Shown here: in pieces, positions 7,805 to 17,461 of the stretch
Position numbering within the stretch: the stretch's first letter is position 1
Layout of the letters: each line of letters opens with the position of its first letter
Source of the DNA: a virus
Virus genome (UHGV): UHGV-0106589
Direction: 5' to 3' (one strand)
Length of the DNA: 42,200 nucleotides
Notes under the pieces: model-generated
What the model was told of the DNA's origin: nothing
Databases searched by the model: none
What the model saw: the letters and a program-made list of their open reading frames with translations, nothing else
Program-made: the position numbers and the translations under genes

Positions 7805-8143
7805 TCAATGGATAGTCTGCGACAAAATTAAAATAAGCCCAGTTGCCAGTGATCCGGCAAGCGCGCTTACTATCGCTGTGATTACTGTTTTTTTAATGTC
7901 CTTGTAGGTGTTGCCCGGTTCCCGTTCCAGGGCGTCCAGACGCTTACTCTGGTTGTCCAAGCGCTTCCCCTGCTCTTTCTGCTCCTGGAGCATCTGTTCC
8001 ATATCTTTTGCAAGGCCATGGATGGAGAGTACCAGATCCTGGATCACCTTACTCATGTCCTCCAGCAGCTCAATGCGCCGGTTCTGGCGCTGATCCTCGT
8101 CACGGATGCGGGCCAGCTCTGCTTTTGTTAATTCATCCATCAT
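7805..8143 (-). CDS. XhlA-like lysis-associated protein (coiled coil plus C-terminal TM anchor)
   Basis: 112 aa. QKEQGKRLDNQSKRLDALERE coiled coil. C-terminal VITAIVSALAGSLATGLILIL. Same position as xhlA upstream of the holin in PBSX-like lysis cassettes. Confidence 0.5.
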   Translation of the reverse strand: MMDELTKAELARIRDEDQRQNRRIELLEDMSKVIQDLVLSIHGLAKDMEQMLQEQKEQGKRLDNQSKRLDALEREPGNTYKDIKKTVITAIVSALAGSLATGLILILSQTIH

Positions 8144-8197
8144 CTGGCTCCTTTTCTGGTTTTGTAATCATTTGAATCATCTCCTTTCGCAATAGTC

Positions 8198-8629
8198 GTG
8201 ATAATGGGTCTTATCGGAAGTTTCCAAGGTTGGGTTGGCGACGCAGGTGATCTATATATTAATGGTGCGAATAACGCAGGTTTTACCTCGAAAGAATGTG
8301 GTTTTCTTCAGGATCGAATAACCTTATCCGGTACACCACATCTCAAAGCAACACGAAGTTATACCATAACAACTTCTCAGAAATTGTATGTACAAGGGAT
8401 AGATATAAATGCCAGTTTCGGAGCTGGTCAATCTTCTGCTGCCCGTTACATTCAATTAATAGATACCAGTAATTATAATATTATTTCCTCAATAAAACTG
8501 GGGGATGTATCTATAGCTAATGGTTTTTCATTTTCTATAAATAGAAATGTAACATTTACACCGCAAATCTCGTTTCCATACGCTGCCAATGGTTGGAGAG
8601 GTTCTATTACTCGTATTTATATAGCTTAA
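8198..8629 (+). CDS. inverted, promoterless paralogue of the tail-fibre C-terminal (receptor-binding) cassette
   Basis: MIMGLIGSFQGWVGDAGDLYINGANN...GSITRIYIA is homologous to the C-terminal 150 aa of the 8631-9677 protein (SIMGIIGSFEGWVPTPQDLYYNGVNV...GTYITRIRLE) but sits on the opposite strand, tail-to-tail. Starts with GTG. Only plus-strand ORF inside the late operon. Confidence 0.6.
   Translation: MIMGLIGSFQGWVGDAGDLYINGANNAGFTSKECGFLQDRITLSGTPHLKATRSYTITTSQKLYVQGIDINASFGAGQSSAARYIQLIDTSNYNIISSIKLGDVSIANGFSFSINRNVTFTPQISFPYAANGWRGSITRIYIA
8201..8223. repeat. inverted repeat, left copy (ataatgggtcttatcggaagttt), bounding the putative invertible segment 8224-9074
   Basis: 22/23 identical to the reverse complement of 9075-9097. 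Both copies encode the IMG(L/I)IGSF junction. Confidence 0.6.
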
Positions 8630-8630
8630 T

Positions 8631-9677
8631 TTATTCCAATCTAATGCGGGTAATATATGTCCCCTTGGCAATATAACCAATACTGATATAATATTTATTG
8701 GCTTCAAAAGTAGTGAGTTGTGAAATGTCAAGTTGAAAATTTCCAATAGAGGCTCCATATCCTCCATCCCACTTAACTTTTGCAATCTCCTCATCACTAT
8801 TATACGTCTTATATCGACAAAGACTGATCCATGACGGAGGGATGCCATTATCAGGATCATTTTTCCAATATCTAAGAAATTGTCCTTCAAAAATCAACTT
8901 ACTATAACTTCGTACATCAATCGTGTTTGGGAAAACAATAGCTCTATGGTTCCATGTTGAGTAGTCGCCTTTCATAAGTAGTCTGGTATTCTCTTGCGCA
9001 AACAAGTTGATTTGCAATCCCCCAACATTTACACCGTTATAATATAGATCCTGAGGCGTTGGTACCCACCCCTCAAAACTTCCGATAATACCCATTATCG
9101 ATTCGCCTTTTTTGATCTTCACCGCTGTAATCCCCGCCATGTTGCGGATATCCGCCCATGACAGGAACACATTGGCGTTCTCGTTATAGTATCCCTGTGG
9201 TATTTTAACCCACATCCGCTGATTGTCTGCATCATTGCCTTTGCTGTTGCCCCAGCCGTTGTAGTCGCCACGGTTGGGCATGGTGCCAGTATATTCTACA
9301 CCATCGTTGTTCGTAAACGTCTTACCTGCCAGAACATCCGACGGCACCGCATTGCCGCTTCCCAGGACAATCTTTCCGATATTGGCCGCCATCTCCCCGA
9401 ATGTTGCGGTTGCCGCTGTAGGTACCCGTTTCGCAGTGATGGCTGCGGCAACCTGTGCTTTTCCATCACTGACAGATTTTTTTAGGTCTACCATATCCTC
9501 TGACAGACCGTTTACTGCCTCGTTGGTGGCGTTGATATGTTCAGCTGTGAACAGGTCGCCTTCCTGACTATAGACCGTCACATCCTGAATCTCAGTATTT
9601 CCCGTACCATCCTGGGACAGCTTATACTTCCTGTTTCCCTCAAAAATATCATCCTTGAAATCTGTTTTTAATGCCAT
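8631..9677 (-). CDS. tail fibre / receptor-binding protein (constant N-terminal part plus exchangeable C-terminal domain)
   Basis: 348 aa, downstream of the tail/baseplate genes. The C-terminal domain beginning at IMGIIGSFEGWV is duplicated in inverted orientation at 8198-8629. Confidence 0.65.
   Translation of the reverse strand: MALKTDFKDDIFEGNRKYKLSQDGTGNTEIQDVTVYSQEGDLFTAEHINATNEAVNGLSEDMVDLKKSVSDGKAQVAAAITAKRVPTAATATFGEMAANIGKIVLGSGNAVPSDVLAGKTFTNNDGVEYTGTMPNRGDYNGWGNSKGNDADNQRMWVKIPQGYYNENANVFLSWADIRNMAGITAVKIKKGESIMGIIGSFEGWVPTPQDLYYNGVNVGGLQINLFAQENTRLLMKGDYSTWNHRAIVFPNTIDVRSYSKLIFEGQFLRYWKNDPDNGIPPSWISLCRYKTYNSDEEIAKVKWDGGYGASIGNFQLDISQLTTFEANKYYISIGYIAKGTYITRIRLE
9075..9097. repeat. 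inverted repeat, right copy (reverse complement ataatgggtattatcggaagttt)
   Basis: See 8201-8223. Confidence 0.6.
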
Positions 9678-9680
9678 GTC

Positions 9681-10094
9681 TTACCTCCTGTTTCCCATCA
9701 TCTTCCGCCCCAGATGAAAGCCTAACCGCCTCTGCCCCGATATCATACTGTCATACATATCTCCCAGATCCTTTAATATCTGCTCAATATCATTGGCCTG
9801 GTAGATGTTATCATATGTGATCTTTACCGGAGTTGGCGGGGTGCTGGACTTTACAAAATATGCCGTTCTCACCTTTTTGATATTTTCGAGCAGTCGGGCC
9901 ATTTCCGTATCTGTACGGTAGTCCTCCATCTTCCATTCCTTGGTTTTTATATCTACGCCAAACCGCTGTGCCAGAAGAGCACAGGCCTGCTCTACCCGGT
10001 TAAGGCAGATATAATCTGCATAGACCTTATCCAGATCTGCTGCAAGGTCTGCACTGGTCCGGTCTGTAATCAGTGTATCCAGCACTGTACTCAT
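9681..10094 (-). CDS. hypothetical tail-associated protein (137 aa)
   Basis: ORF lies in the tail module between the baseplate-like gene and the fibre gene. Confidence 0.45.
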   Translation of the reverse strand: MSTVLDTLITDRTSADLAADLDKVYADYICLNRVEQACALLAQRFGVDIKTKEWKMEDYRTDTEMARLLENIKKVRTAYFVKSSTPPTPVKITYDNIYQANDIEQILKDLGDMYDSMISGQRRLGFHLGRKMMGNRR

Positions 10095-12190
10095 CCCACT
10101 GTCACCTCCGCTGTGATTTTTCTCCGTGAAAATTTCATATCCAGTTTCCGGATCATTCCCTCCATTGTGCCTTTAAATCCTGTTGTTACCCGAACACGAT
10201 TTCCAAGTTCCTGATCGTTGATAACTGCCCGGAAGCTGACACTCTCATTATTGCTGTAGTAATCATATACCCTGTTTAATACCGCCTGCGCATTTTCCAT
10301 GGTGACAAGGGTTGCTTCTTTTACCTCGGCAATATTTTTATTCTGGGTAATCTTAGGGTTCTCTTTTAAAAGAGTGATCGTATTGTGGTTATATCTAAGC
10401 CCCGTCAAGACAACCTCTCCGCCGCCATTGGAAGTGATATACGCATAGTTGGCCCCATGCTTTTCTATAGTACCGCCTATGATCGACAGACTATGATACG
10501 GTTCGGAAAACTCCAGCTTAGTTTCTCCTGTTAAGCTTCCCTTATACAGCTCTGCTGACTCCTGGCTCGGTATATAGCTGTGTGCATACAGCCGGATTCC
10601 CGTCACCATTTCACTGTGATCCACAGTGAGACCCAGAAAGATATCCCGTCCAGTAAATTCTGCCGTCACTTCTGTCTGCTCCGGATATACATACAGCTGG
10701 CGGTCATAGCTTGTATCTACCAAAGCACCAATCGCAAACGCAAGCTGCTGCAGGGCGCTGCGTTTACTGGTAACGGGTAAATATCCGCTTATTCTGGTCT
10801 CCTTATAGGCATCATCTAAAAAATATGCAATGCCTTCACCTTCCATAATATTGTCCAAAATCTCAGACACCAACATATTTTCATAGATTCCACCCATAAA
10901 CGGATTGTTATCCAAAATCCCGACCGCATCCTGTGTCTCCACTGAGTACCGTTTTTCCCCGATCTGTTTTCCGTCCTTAAGGTAATAAATCCCCAGAATC
11001 GCCTCGTCAAAATACAGGGTCTGTTTCTGCTTTTTCTGGAACTCAAACGCATACTCTGTTTTACTTCGGATCGTGTAATCCATCGTATTTATGCTGACCT
11101 CTTCAGAGATTGAATTGAGTTCCATCAGGCAGTTAATGTCCTCTATTTCATCATCCTTAAATACCCGGATCAGCCCCCATATAATATGAGTCAAAAACAC
11201 ATTACGATATGGCTTGCTGGTTTCCAAAAACGTAATGACTACTTTATTGTAATAATCCACTACTCCGTAACAGAAATAATTATAACTGTCCGGCTCGTAA
11301 TCCTGATCCTTTAACAGTTCCTCATCACGATACCATTTTATATTGATCCGGCTGCACCGGTCTTCTGTATAATCGTTGAATCTCAGCGTAACCCCAACGC
11401 TGGAATAATTCTGGCTGAAAGAAAATGTGATTGCAGGCGGTACTGCAAATGCACCATCAGGGCCGGATATACTGTCGCTTACATACCCCATCTCTTCCAG
11501 CTGATCCGGAGCGTTGGAATAACCTCCGTCCATCTTTGCATAACGCGGCAGGCACAGTGCATAATCCGGAAACTCAACCCCTTCTTTCAAATCCTGCAAA
11601 TTTACATAATAATCCTTGTCCGGTGTCTCTGCTGTATTATTCTCTGCTGCTCCCAGAGCGATATCGTCATAAACGATTTTCAAGCCGCCTGCATCCGTCA
11701 TCCTCTGGTTTTTAATAACAGCTAGCCATAGATAACGATAGGGCCTACTGCTTTTAAGGAATGTAATTGCGATCTGATTGAACAGCGGCACTTTGGCTCG
11801 ACAGAAATACTCTGTCCCGTCCGGCTCAAAATTCTGCTCATGCACCAGCTCCCCGTCCTTATTCCATCGGATCTGAATACTGGATGCATAGTCGCCACTT
11901 AATCGGTTAAAAACCAGATATATACCATTACTTGTCTTTAGACGGTCAAATGTCACCGTGATTACCGGAGGATTTTCAAACCTTCCATCTTGGCCGCTAA
12001 GGGCTGTACTGATGTAACCATACAGCCCCTTTTCTATCTGGTCTGGGGCATTAGGATAGTTGCTGTCCATTTTTGCATACCTCGGAAGGCACAGAGCATA
12101 AGGTGGGAGCTGCTGCTCCATATTTGCAAGATCCTCGACTGACGCATATGGCTGCTGTCCATTGCTCTCCACCCTGATATCCCATTTCAT
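10091..12190 (-). CDS. tail/baseplate protein (Dit/Tal-like) with two tandemly duplicated ~130-aa N-terminal domains
   Basis: 699 aa. Internal repeats PYALCLPRYAKMDSNYPNAPDQ...RPYRYLWL and DYALCLPRYAKMDGGYSNAPDQ...KPYRNVFL. Position is immediately after the tape measure and a small tail gene. Confidence 0.6.
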   Translation of the reverse strand: MKWDIRVESNGQQPYASVEDLANMEQQLPPYALCLPRYAKMDSNYPNAPDQIEKGLYGYISTALSGQDGRFENPPVITVTFDRLKTSNGIYLVFNRLSGDYASSIQIRWNKDGELVHEQNFEPDGTEYFCRAKVPLFNQIAITFLKSSRPYRYLWLAVIKNQRMTDAGGLKIVYDDIALGAAENNTAETPDKDYYVNLQDLKEGVEFPDYALCLPRYAKMDGGYSNAPDQLEEMGYVSDSISGPDGAFAVPPAITFSFSQNYSSVGVTLRFNDYTEDRCSRINIKWYRDEELLKDQDYEPDSYNYFCYGVVDYYNKVVITFLETSKPYRNVFLTHIIWGLIRVFKDDEIEDINCLMELNSISEEVSINTMDYTIRSKTEYAFEFQKKQKQTLYFDEAILGIYYLKDGKQIGEKRYSVETQDAVGILDNNPFMGGIYENMLVSEILDNIMEGEGIAYFLDDAYKETRISGYLPVTSKRSALQQLAFAIGALVDTSYDRQLYVYPEQTEVTAEFTGRDIFLGLTVDHSEMVTGIRLYAHSYIPSQESAELYKGSLTGETKLEFSEPYHSLSIIGGTIEKHGANYAYITSNGGGEVVLTGLRYNHNTITLLKENPKITQNKNIAEVKEATLVTMENAQAVLNRVYDYYSNNESVSFRAVINDQELGNRVRVTTGFKGTMEGMIRKLDMKFSRRKITAEVTVG

Positions 12191-12232
12191 TTCCTATCGC
12201 CTCCTCTGCGGTTCCATTGCCGTGAAATTCAA

Positions 12233-12595
12233 TCACAGGCCATCCATGCCCCACAGGTTCTTCCCGTTCCGGATACGGAGCTTGTCCTTGCCCTGGGTGA
12301 CGTAAGCACGAAAGGTTAATGTCTCCTGTCCATATGGGAACGTCATTTCATGGCTGTCCCTATTAGGATCTGAAACAGCGTCATAAAATGCATCGTAGGA
12401 GGCTGTATCCCCATCTTTTGGGTATACCTTCATAGCATAATTATAAAACGTGCCAATTACATCACGCTCCATAGTGTAGTCCATGGTACGCCCTGACTGG
12501 TCTGTGTCTGTCACTGCAAAACTCCGTTCCAGAGAATCAGACTCCACTTCCACGTTATACGCTCTGCCATCCATTAAAAATACACTGTCCGCCAT
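12233..12595 (-). CDS. small tail protein (120 aa)
   Basis: ORF between the tape measure and the 699-aa tail protein. Start overlaps the TMP stop region. Confidence 0.45.
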   Translation of the reverse strand: MADSVFLMDGRAYNVEVESDSLERSFAVTDTDQSGRTMDYTMERDVIGTFYNYAMKVYPKDGDTASYDAFYDAVSDPNRDSHEMTFPYGQETLTFRAYVTQGKDKLRIRNGKNLWGMDGL

Positions 12596-15500
12596 CAGGT
12601 TCCTCCTATCACTACCAGGCTTACGCCTCTACGCGCCGCCTCACGGTCAAGCTCTGGCTTTAATGCTCTTGCCAGTGCCGCCATACTTCCGGTCAGATTT
12701 AATACGATCTGGATTGGCTGGCTGCGGTCTCCCTGTTGCTGGCTAAGCAAAGTATCGAGCCTTGCAATCAGATTAGACAATAATTCTTCCTCCGCATAAG
12801 ATCGGCTCCGCATAGACGCGGCCATATCTCCAGCCCGTGGCGGAACAATACTCCCTCTTGCCATCTTAGGAAGATATGCTGCCGCATTAGGGATATCAAT
12901 CCCTATAGGAAGACGGATCTGTACGCCGTCAAATACATCCATAACACCATCCAGCCAGTCCTGCACAATACTACGGGACGATCTTGCCATATCAGCAATA
13001 CCATTGTTGAATCCACGGACCACATACTCTGCAATGTTGTAAAACTCTCTTGAGGGAGAATTGATGTCAAACTCTTCCTCAGCTTCTTCCATTGCCTCAG
13101 CCGCCCACTTCCGGATCGCATCCTTTGCCATATATGCAAAATCGCTGATACCATTTGCAAAGCCCTCGTTGATCCGCTTTGCCATGTCGTAGAATGCTGC
13201 ATACATTCCGCCAGTTCCCTGAGGATCACTGTCTCCCCAGAACCATTCCCTGACATTTCTGGCCCACGTTTCTACAGGCCCCTGAGTTTCGGAATGGCTA
13301 CCTTCTATTTTGGCTTTAAATGTCTGGATAATAAGGTCTGCGAATTTCGTCCAGGAAAGCTCATTTACTCCCTGGTTTTCGTCAACACCCACGAACCACT
13401 TCCTTACGTTTTCGGCCCATGTTTCCATTACCGTCTGGGACTGGGTATAATTCTTCCTTACAGTATTGTTAAATCCTGACATAATACTATTGGCCCACTT
13501 CTTGGATTCTACGGAATCCCCTGTTCCTATTCCAAACTTTTCTGAGAACCAGTTTGCCACGCCAGAAGCCCATGACTGTACCACATTCTGGGAAGCAGTC
13601 TGTTCGCTCGTCACGCCCTGGTTAAATCCCTGCACTGTGTAGGAGCCAATCCCTGCCAGAACAGTAGACGGGCTATGGATTCCAAGTAGGCTCTTCAAGC
13701 CGTTCACAAATGGATCTGTAATGTTTGCCTTAATAAATGCTCCGGGATTTGAGAAAAACTCTTTAATACCGTTACAGAAACCATCCCAGAGATACTGACC
13801 CATTTCAGCCATAACGGTAGAAGGGCTGTGGATTCCGAAAAGTTCTTTGAAATACTTCACAAAAGGATCCACTATATTATCTCTGATAAATGCTTTCGGA
13901 TCAGAAAAGAATGTTTTCACTCCCTTGCAGAATCCTTCCCAAAGACTCTTTCCTATTTCGGATAAAAGACCCCAAGAAGCCAAAACTACAGCCTTCAATG
14001 TCTGGAGCACAGCATCAATAACAGCTAACAGGATTCCCCACCAGTCTATCGCTAAAGCCATTTCAGCAACGCCAGTTCCTAAGGCTGTCCAATCCGTTTC
14101 TTTTATAAATGTTACAAACGCATTTAACAATCCCAGAACAAAATCGCTGATGGCTGTACCAGATCCGGCCCAATCAAATGTCTGGAAAAACGTACTTAGG
14201 CTCAAGGCGATTGAGCTACCGAATCCTGTCCAGTCAAACGTCTGAGCAAAATTCCCGGCAATAGCAAATAATCCGCTCAATCCTGTGGCAAATAGCAGCC
14301 CAAGCATTCCCCAGTCAATTTGTGATATGATTCCGTTAAGTCCATTTCCAATAGCCTGTCCGATCAAGGGCCAGTCAGCAGTGTCCACAAAACCATACAG
14401 ACCCGAAATTTTTGCTTGGAAAAATGCTCCCAGAGTGGCTCCAAATAAATTCCAGTCAACCGTAGCGACCATACCGTTAAGCCCCGTTGCTAAAGCTGAT
14501 CCCAGCATAAGCCAGTCAATCTGAGTAAGAAGCAGATATAGTGTATTCGCTAACGTATTGATCCCTGTCCCCATCATGATACCGATCGAATACCAATCAA
14601 TATTTGCGACCAGGCTGTTAAACAGCGTAGTAAATGCTGTCACAAATGCGGTGATCTTAACGCCTACATTGTCCCAACTTATATAGTCCGTAAACTTCTG
14701 GACTGATTCATTGACCTTCTGACCAATCAACTGCCCAATACCTTCCCAGTCTCCGGCCTGCCACAGTTCTTTCAGCTTGTTTGCAAAATCACTGATTCCC
14801 TGATCGATTGCTACAGTTTCAAACATCTGTGAGGGATCTATACCTCCACCTGATCCACCGGAGGAACCGTCAGCCCCTTCTCTTTGAATTTGCACCAGAT
14901 CATCAAACGGAGCCAGTGCCTTTTTCGCATCCTTTCCTGCCTGCTTTGCTGCACCTCCGGTCTTTTTCAGACTGGCTGCATAATCTTTATTTACTCGTTT
15001 GGCTCTAGTAAACGTACTTTTACCTGTAATGGCTGATAAAAACTGACCGATTACGTTAATAGCCTGAATCAACTTCTGAATCAGAATATCCAAAGCAGGA
15101 ACTACAACACTGGTTAATGGTGCAAATGCAGCCGCAAATGAATATTTAAACTGGCTCAAGGATGAAGTAAACGAACTCATGACCACATTAAACGAAGAGG
15201 AATATTGAGCCATGCCCTGAATACCGTCTTTAAATGCTCTCGTTATTGCCGAAAGCCCTCGAAACACAGCCGAAAACATGATGCTCTGTCCCAACATTCT
15301 GAACATGGACAAACCTTTATTCCCTTTTTTGGCACTTTTCCCTAATCCTAAAAATGCCTTACTCATTTTTAACAATGCTTTCGTCGCACTGGATGCTGCG
15401 GCCTTAATTCCCTTTAATCCAAGAGTCCCCATTGTCACAGCCACTTTTCGGGCCATGCCTAACACGCCATTTAGTGCAAGGTGAAACAGTTTAATCGGAG

Positions 15501-16419
15501 CGACTTTAAATCCATTTGCAATTTTTGCTCCTAATACAGTAAAAAAAACAGGTAAATGTGCAAATGCTGCTTTTACAGATGCGACCACTCCTACATATTG
15601 CTGTGTCTGGGCTTTTGTGTTTACCAGTGAAGCCTCGTACTTCTTTAATTCAGCGGTCATCCGTGCAATCTCAGAAGCATTTCGGTCATATTCGGCATAA
15701 CCCAGTCCTACTCCAGCAGATTTAAGTTCTTTCTGTCTTGCCTGAAGCTGTTGCAGTCTTCTGGTAAGATCCACGATCTTCTGGTTACTAACTTCCGCAC
15801 TTTCTGCTATAGCTGATAATTTTGAGGCTTCTTTTGCAGCCTTCCCTTCTTTTCCAATCAGCTCCATCAGGCGTTGCTTTTGTATATACAGCTGATTGTT
15901 TAAATACTCCAGATCAGAGGCCTTCTTTTGGTATGATGAGCTTTCCTTCCCTGATGTAAAAGCCCGGTCTCTGTTGATGGTATCCTGCAACTCAGCTTGA
16001 TATATTCTAAGTTTCTGGCTTGTCTCATCAATATCATATTGCAAGTTTTTCCATCTGGAGGAATTTTTCTTAACACCCTGTTCCTCCATTTTGTTTTGCC
16101 GCTCAAGAAGTCCGTCTAGCTTTTTACTTGTTTTCTCTACTGCATTGGACAGCGTATTATACTCATCGGTCGGTATCTCCGTTTCACCTATATGCTGTAT
16201 TTCTGCCTGAAGCTGTTTTATCCTTGCCTCTGTCCGTGCTATCTGATTTTCTACACTAGAGATCTGTATCGGTTTTGAAAAAAGACTATTGATCTCACGG
16301 CCTGCGGCCCCCACAGCTTTGGCGCATCTGTCTGCTGCTTTTTTGATAGAACTCGTTCCGTCCTTGAACCCCTCTGTATTGACCGCAGTATCAAATCTCA
16401 GGCTTCCATCTGCTGCCAT
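12595..16419 (-). CDS. tail tape measure protein
   Basis: 1274 aa. N-terminal coiled coil, central Gly/Ala-rich hydrophobic repeats, tandem FxxGFxxG-type repeats. Follows the chaperone pair. Confidence 0.9.
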   Translation of the reverse strand: MAADGSLRFDTAVNTEGFKDGTSSIKKAADRCAKAVGAAGREINSLFSKPIQISSVENQIARTEARIKQLQAEIQHIGETEIPTDEYNTLSNAVEKTSKKLDGLLERQNKMEEQGVKKNSSRWKNLQYDIDETSQKLRIYQAELQDTINRDRAFTSGKESSSYQKKASDLEYLNNQLYIQKQRLMELIGKEGKAAKEASKLSAIAESAEVSNQKIVDLTRRLQQLQARQKELKSAGVGLGYAEYDRNASEIARMTAELKKYEASLVNTKAQTQQYVGVVASVKAAFAHLPVFFTVLGAKIANGFKVAPIKLFHLALNGVLGMARKVAVTMGTLGLKGIKAAASSATKALLKMSKAFLGLGKSAKKGNKGLSMFRMLGQSIMFSAVFRGLSAITRAFKDGIQGMAQYSSSFNVVMSSFTSSLSQFKYSFAAAFAPLTSVVVPALDILIQKLIQAINVIGQFLSAITGKSTFTRAKRVNKDYAASLKKTGGAAKQAGKDAKKALAPFDDLVQIQREGADGSSGGSGGGIDPSQMFETVAIDQGISDFANKLKELWQAGDWEGIGQLIGQKVNESVQKFTDYISWDNVGVKITAFVTAFTTLFNSLVANIDWYSIGIMMGTGINTLANTLYLLLTQIDWLMLGSALATGLNGMVATVDWNLFGATLGAFFQAKISGLYGFVDTADWPLIGQAIGNGLNGIISQIDWGMLGLLFATGLSGLFAIAGNFAQTFDWTGFGSSIALSLSTFFQTFDWAGSGTAISDFVLGLLNAFVTFIKETDWTALGTGVAEMALAIDWWGILLAVIDAVLQTLKAVVLASWGLLSEIGKSLWEGFCKGVKTFFSDPKAFIRDNIVDPFVKYFKELFGIHSPSTVMAEMGQYLWDGFCNGIKEFFSNPGAFIKANITDPFVNGLKSLLGIHSPSTVLAGIGSYTVQGFNQGVTSEQTASQNVVQSWASGVANWFSEKFGIGTGDSVESKKWANSIMSGFNNTVRKNYTQSQTVMETWAENVRKWFVGVDENQGVNELSWTKFADLIIQTFKAKIEGSHSETQGPVETWARNVREWFWGDSDPQGTGGMYAAFYDMAKRINEGFANGISDFAYMAKDAIRKWAAEAMEEAEEEFDINSPSREFYNIAEYVVRGFNNGIADMARSSRSIVQDWLDGVMDVFDGVQIRLPIGIDIPNAAAYLPKMARGSIVPPRAGDMAASMRSRSYAEEELLSNLIARLDTLLSQQQGDRSQPIQIVLNLTGSMAALARALKPELDREAARRGVSLVVIGGT

Positions 16420-16464
16420 GCTCTCACCTCATTTCCGGGCATAAAATAAGACACCTTCCGGTGC

Positions 16465-17025
16465 CTAACCCAATAGCTTATTCCAATAATCAATCTCTTT
16501 CTGTTCTTCTTCTGTATATCGGGTCTTCAGATCACACAGCTTTTTGTTATTTCTGTAAAATTCCTCCTCCCATTTTTCCAGCCGCTTCCCCTTGGCCTTT
16601 TTCTGACGGATTCCCAGAACCGTGGAAAACGTTCCCTCCTCAATCTCCATGAAATACCCAGCAAACGTCCACCAGTGAAGATAGGGGACAGCTCGTGTTT
16701 CTATGCCGGCTACTTTATTGACCGCAGGGAACAGGATCGCCTCATCCTGCTCCCAGTCCATCATCTTTTTAGCCGGTCTTTTATCATCATCTTCCCTGCC
16801 GCAGTCCACAAACCATTTCGCCTGCAAGACAGCTTCCCCTATATGTTCCTGAGGGATCTGGCTGTATCCCTTCCTGTACAGCCTTCTTAGAAGTATTTCA
16901 AGCTTTTGGGCGGCTGTCAGACCCGGATCTGTACAGGCAGACAGAAAGATCAGGATATTGCGGTAATCTGTTTCAATCGGATATGTAACTCCGCCCACTT
17001 CAAGGCTGTCCGGCAGGAACTTCAT
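16465..17025 (-). CDS. tail assembly chaperone, downstream overlapping frame (gpT-like part)
   Basis: Overlaps the 3' end of 17000-17461 by 26 nt in the +1 frame. Classic position between the major tail protein and the TMP. Confidence 0.5.
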   Translation of the reverse strand: MKFLPDSLEVGGVTYPIETDYRNILIFLSACTDPGLTAAQKLEILLRRLYRKGYSQIPQEHIGEAVLQAKWFVDCGREDDDKRPAKKMMDWEQDEAILFPAVNKVAGIETRAVPYLHWWTFAGYFMEIEEGTFSTVLGIRQKKAKGKRLEKWEEEFYRNNKKLCDLKTRYTEEEQKEIDYWNKLLG

Positions 17026-17461
17026 CGGCTTCCACGTCCTTTAAATACTGGTTCATCTTCTCTCGGTTCTTTTCGTTATAGGCTTTTACAGCCGGCTGCA
17101 TCAGTTCCAGCAATCCATTTAAAACCTCTTCAAAAAGATAATTCTGACCGATAATGCATAACGGGGACTGGCCTGCAAAAATCGTGTCATACACATCTGC
17201 ATTGAAAATGCCATTAAAGGCCTTACGCATGGCAGCCGTAAATTCAGCCACATATGCCCCGTTCTTTTCCAAATCCGTTTTAGGGCTTCCGTCCGGATTC
17301 AGCTCAATCCCTTCCGGGATCTGGTAAGCGCCAAATTCACTCTGGACGCTCAAAACACGGTTGATAATCTCCGGATCAGCCGGGTTAAACCGGATCACCC
17401 GGTTCGGATCATCGTTAACCATAAAACTCTCATAACCATCATTAAAATTAAGACTTCTCAT
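17000..17461 (-). CDS. tail assembly chaperone (gpG-like)
   Basis: 153-aa acidic protein directly after the major tail protein. Its 3' end overlaps the next ORF. Confidence 0.55.
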   Translation of the reverse strand: MRSLNFNDGYESFMVNDDPNRVIRFNPADPEIINRVLSVQSEFGAYQIPEGIELNPDGSPKTDLEKNGAYVAEFTAAMRKAFNGIFNADVYDTIFAGQSPLCIIGQNYLFEEVLNGLLELMQPAVKAYNEKNREKMNQYLKDVEADEVPAGQP

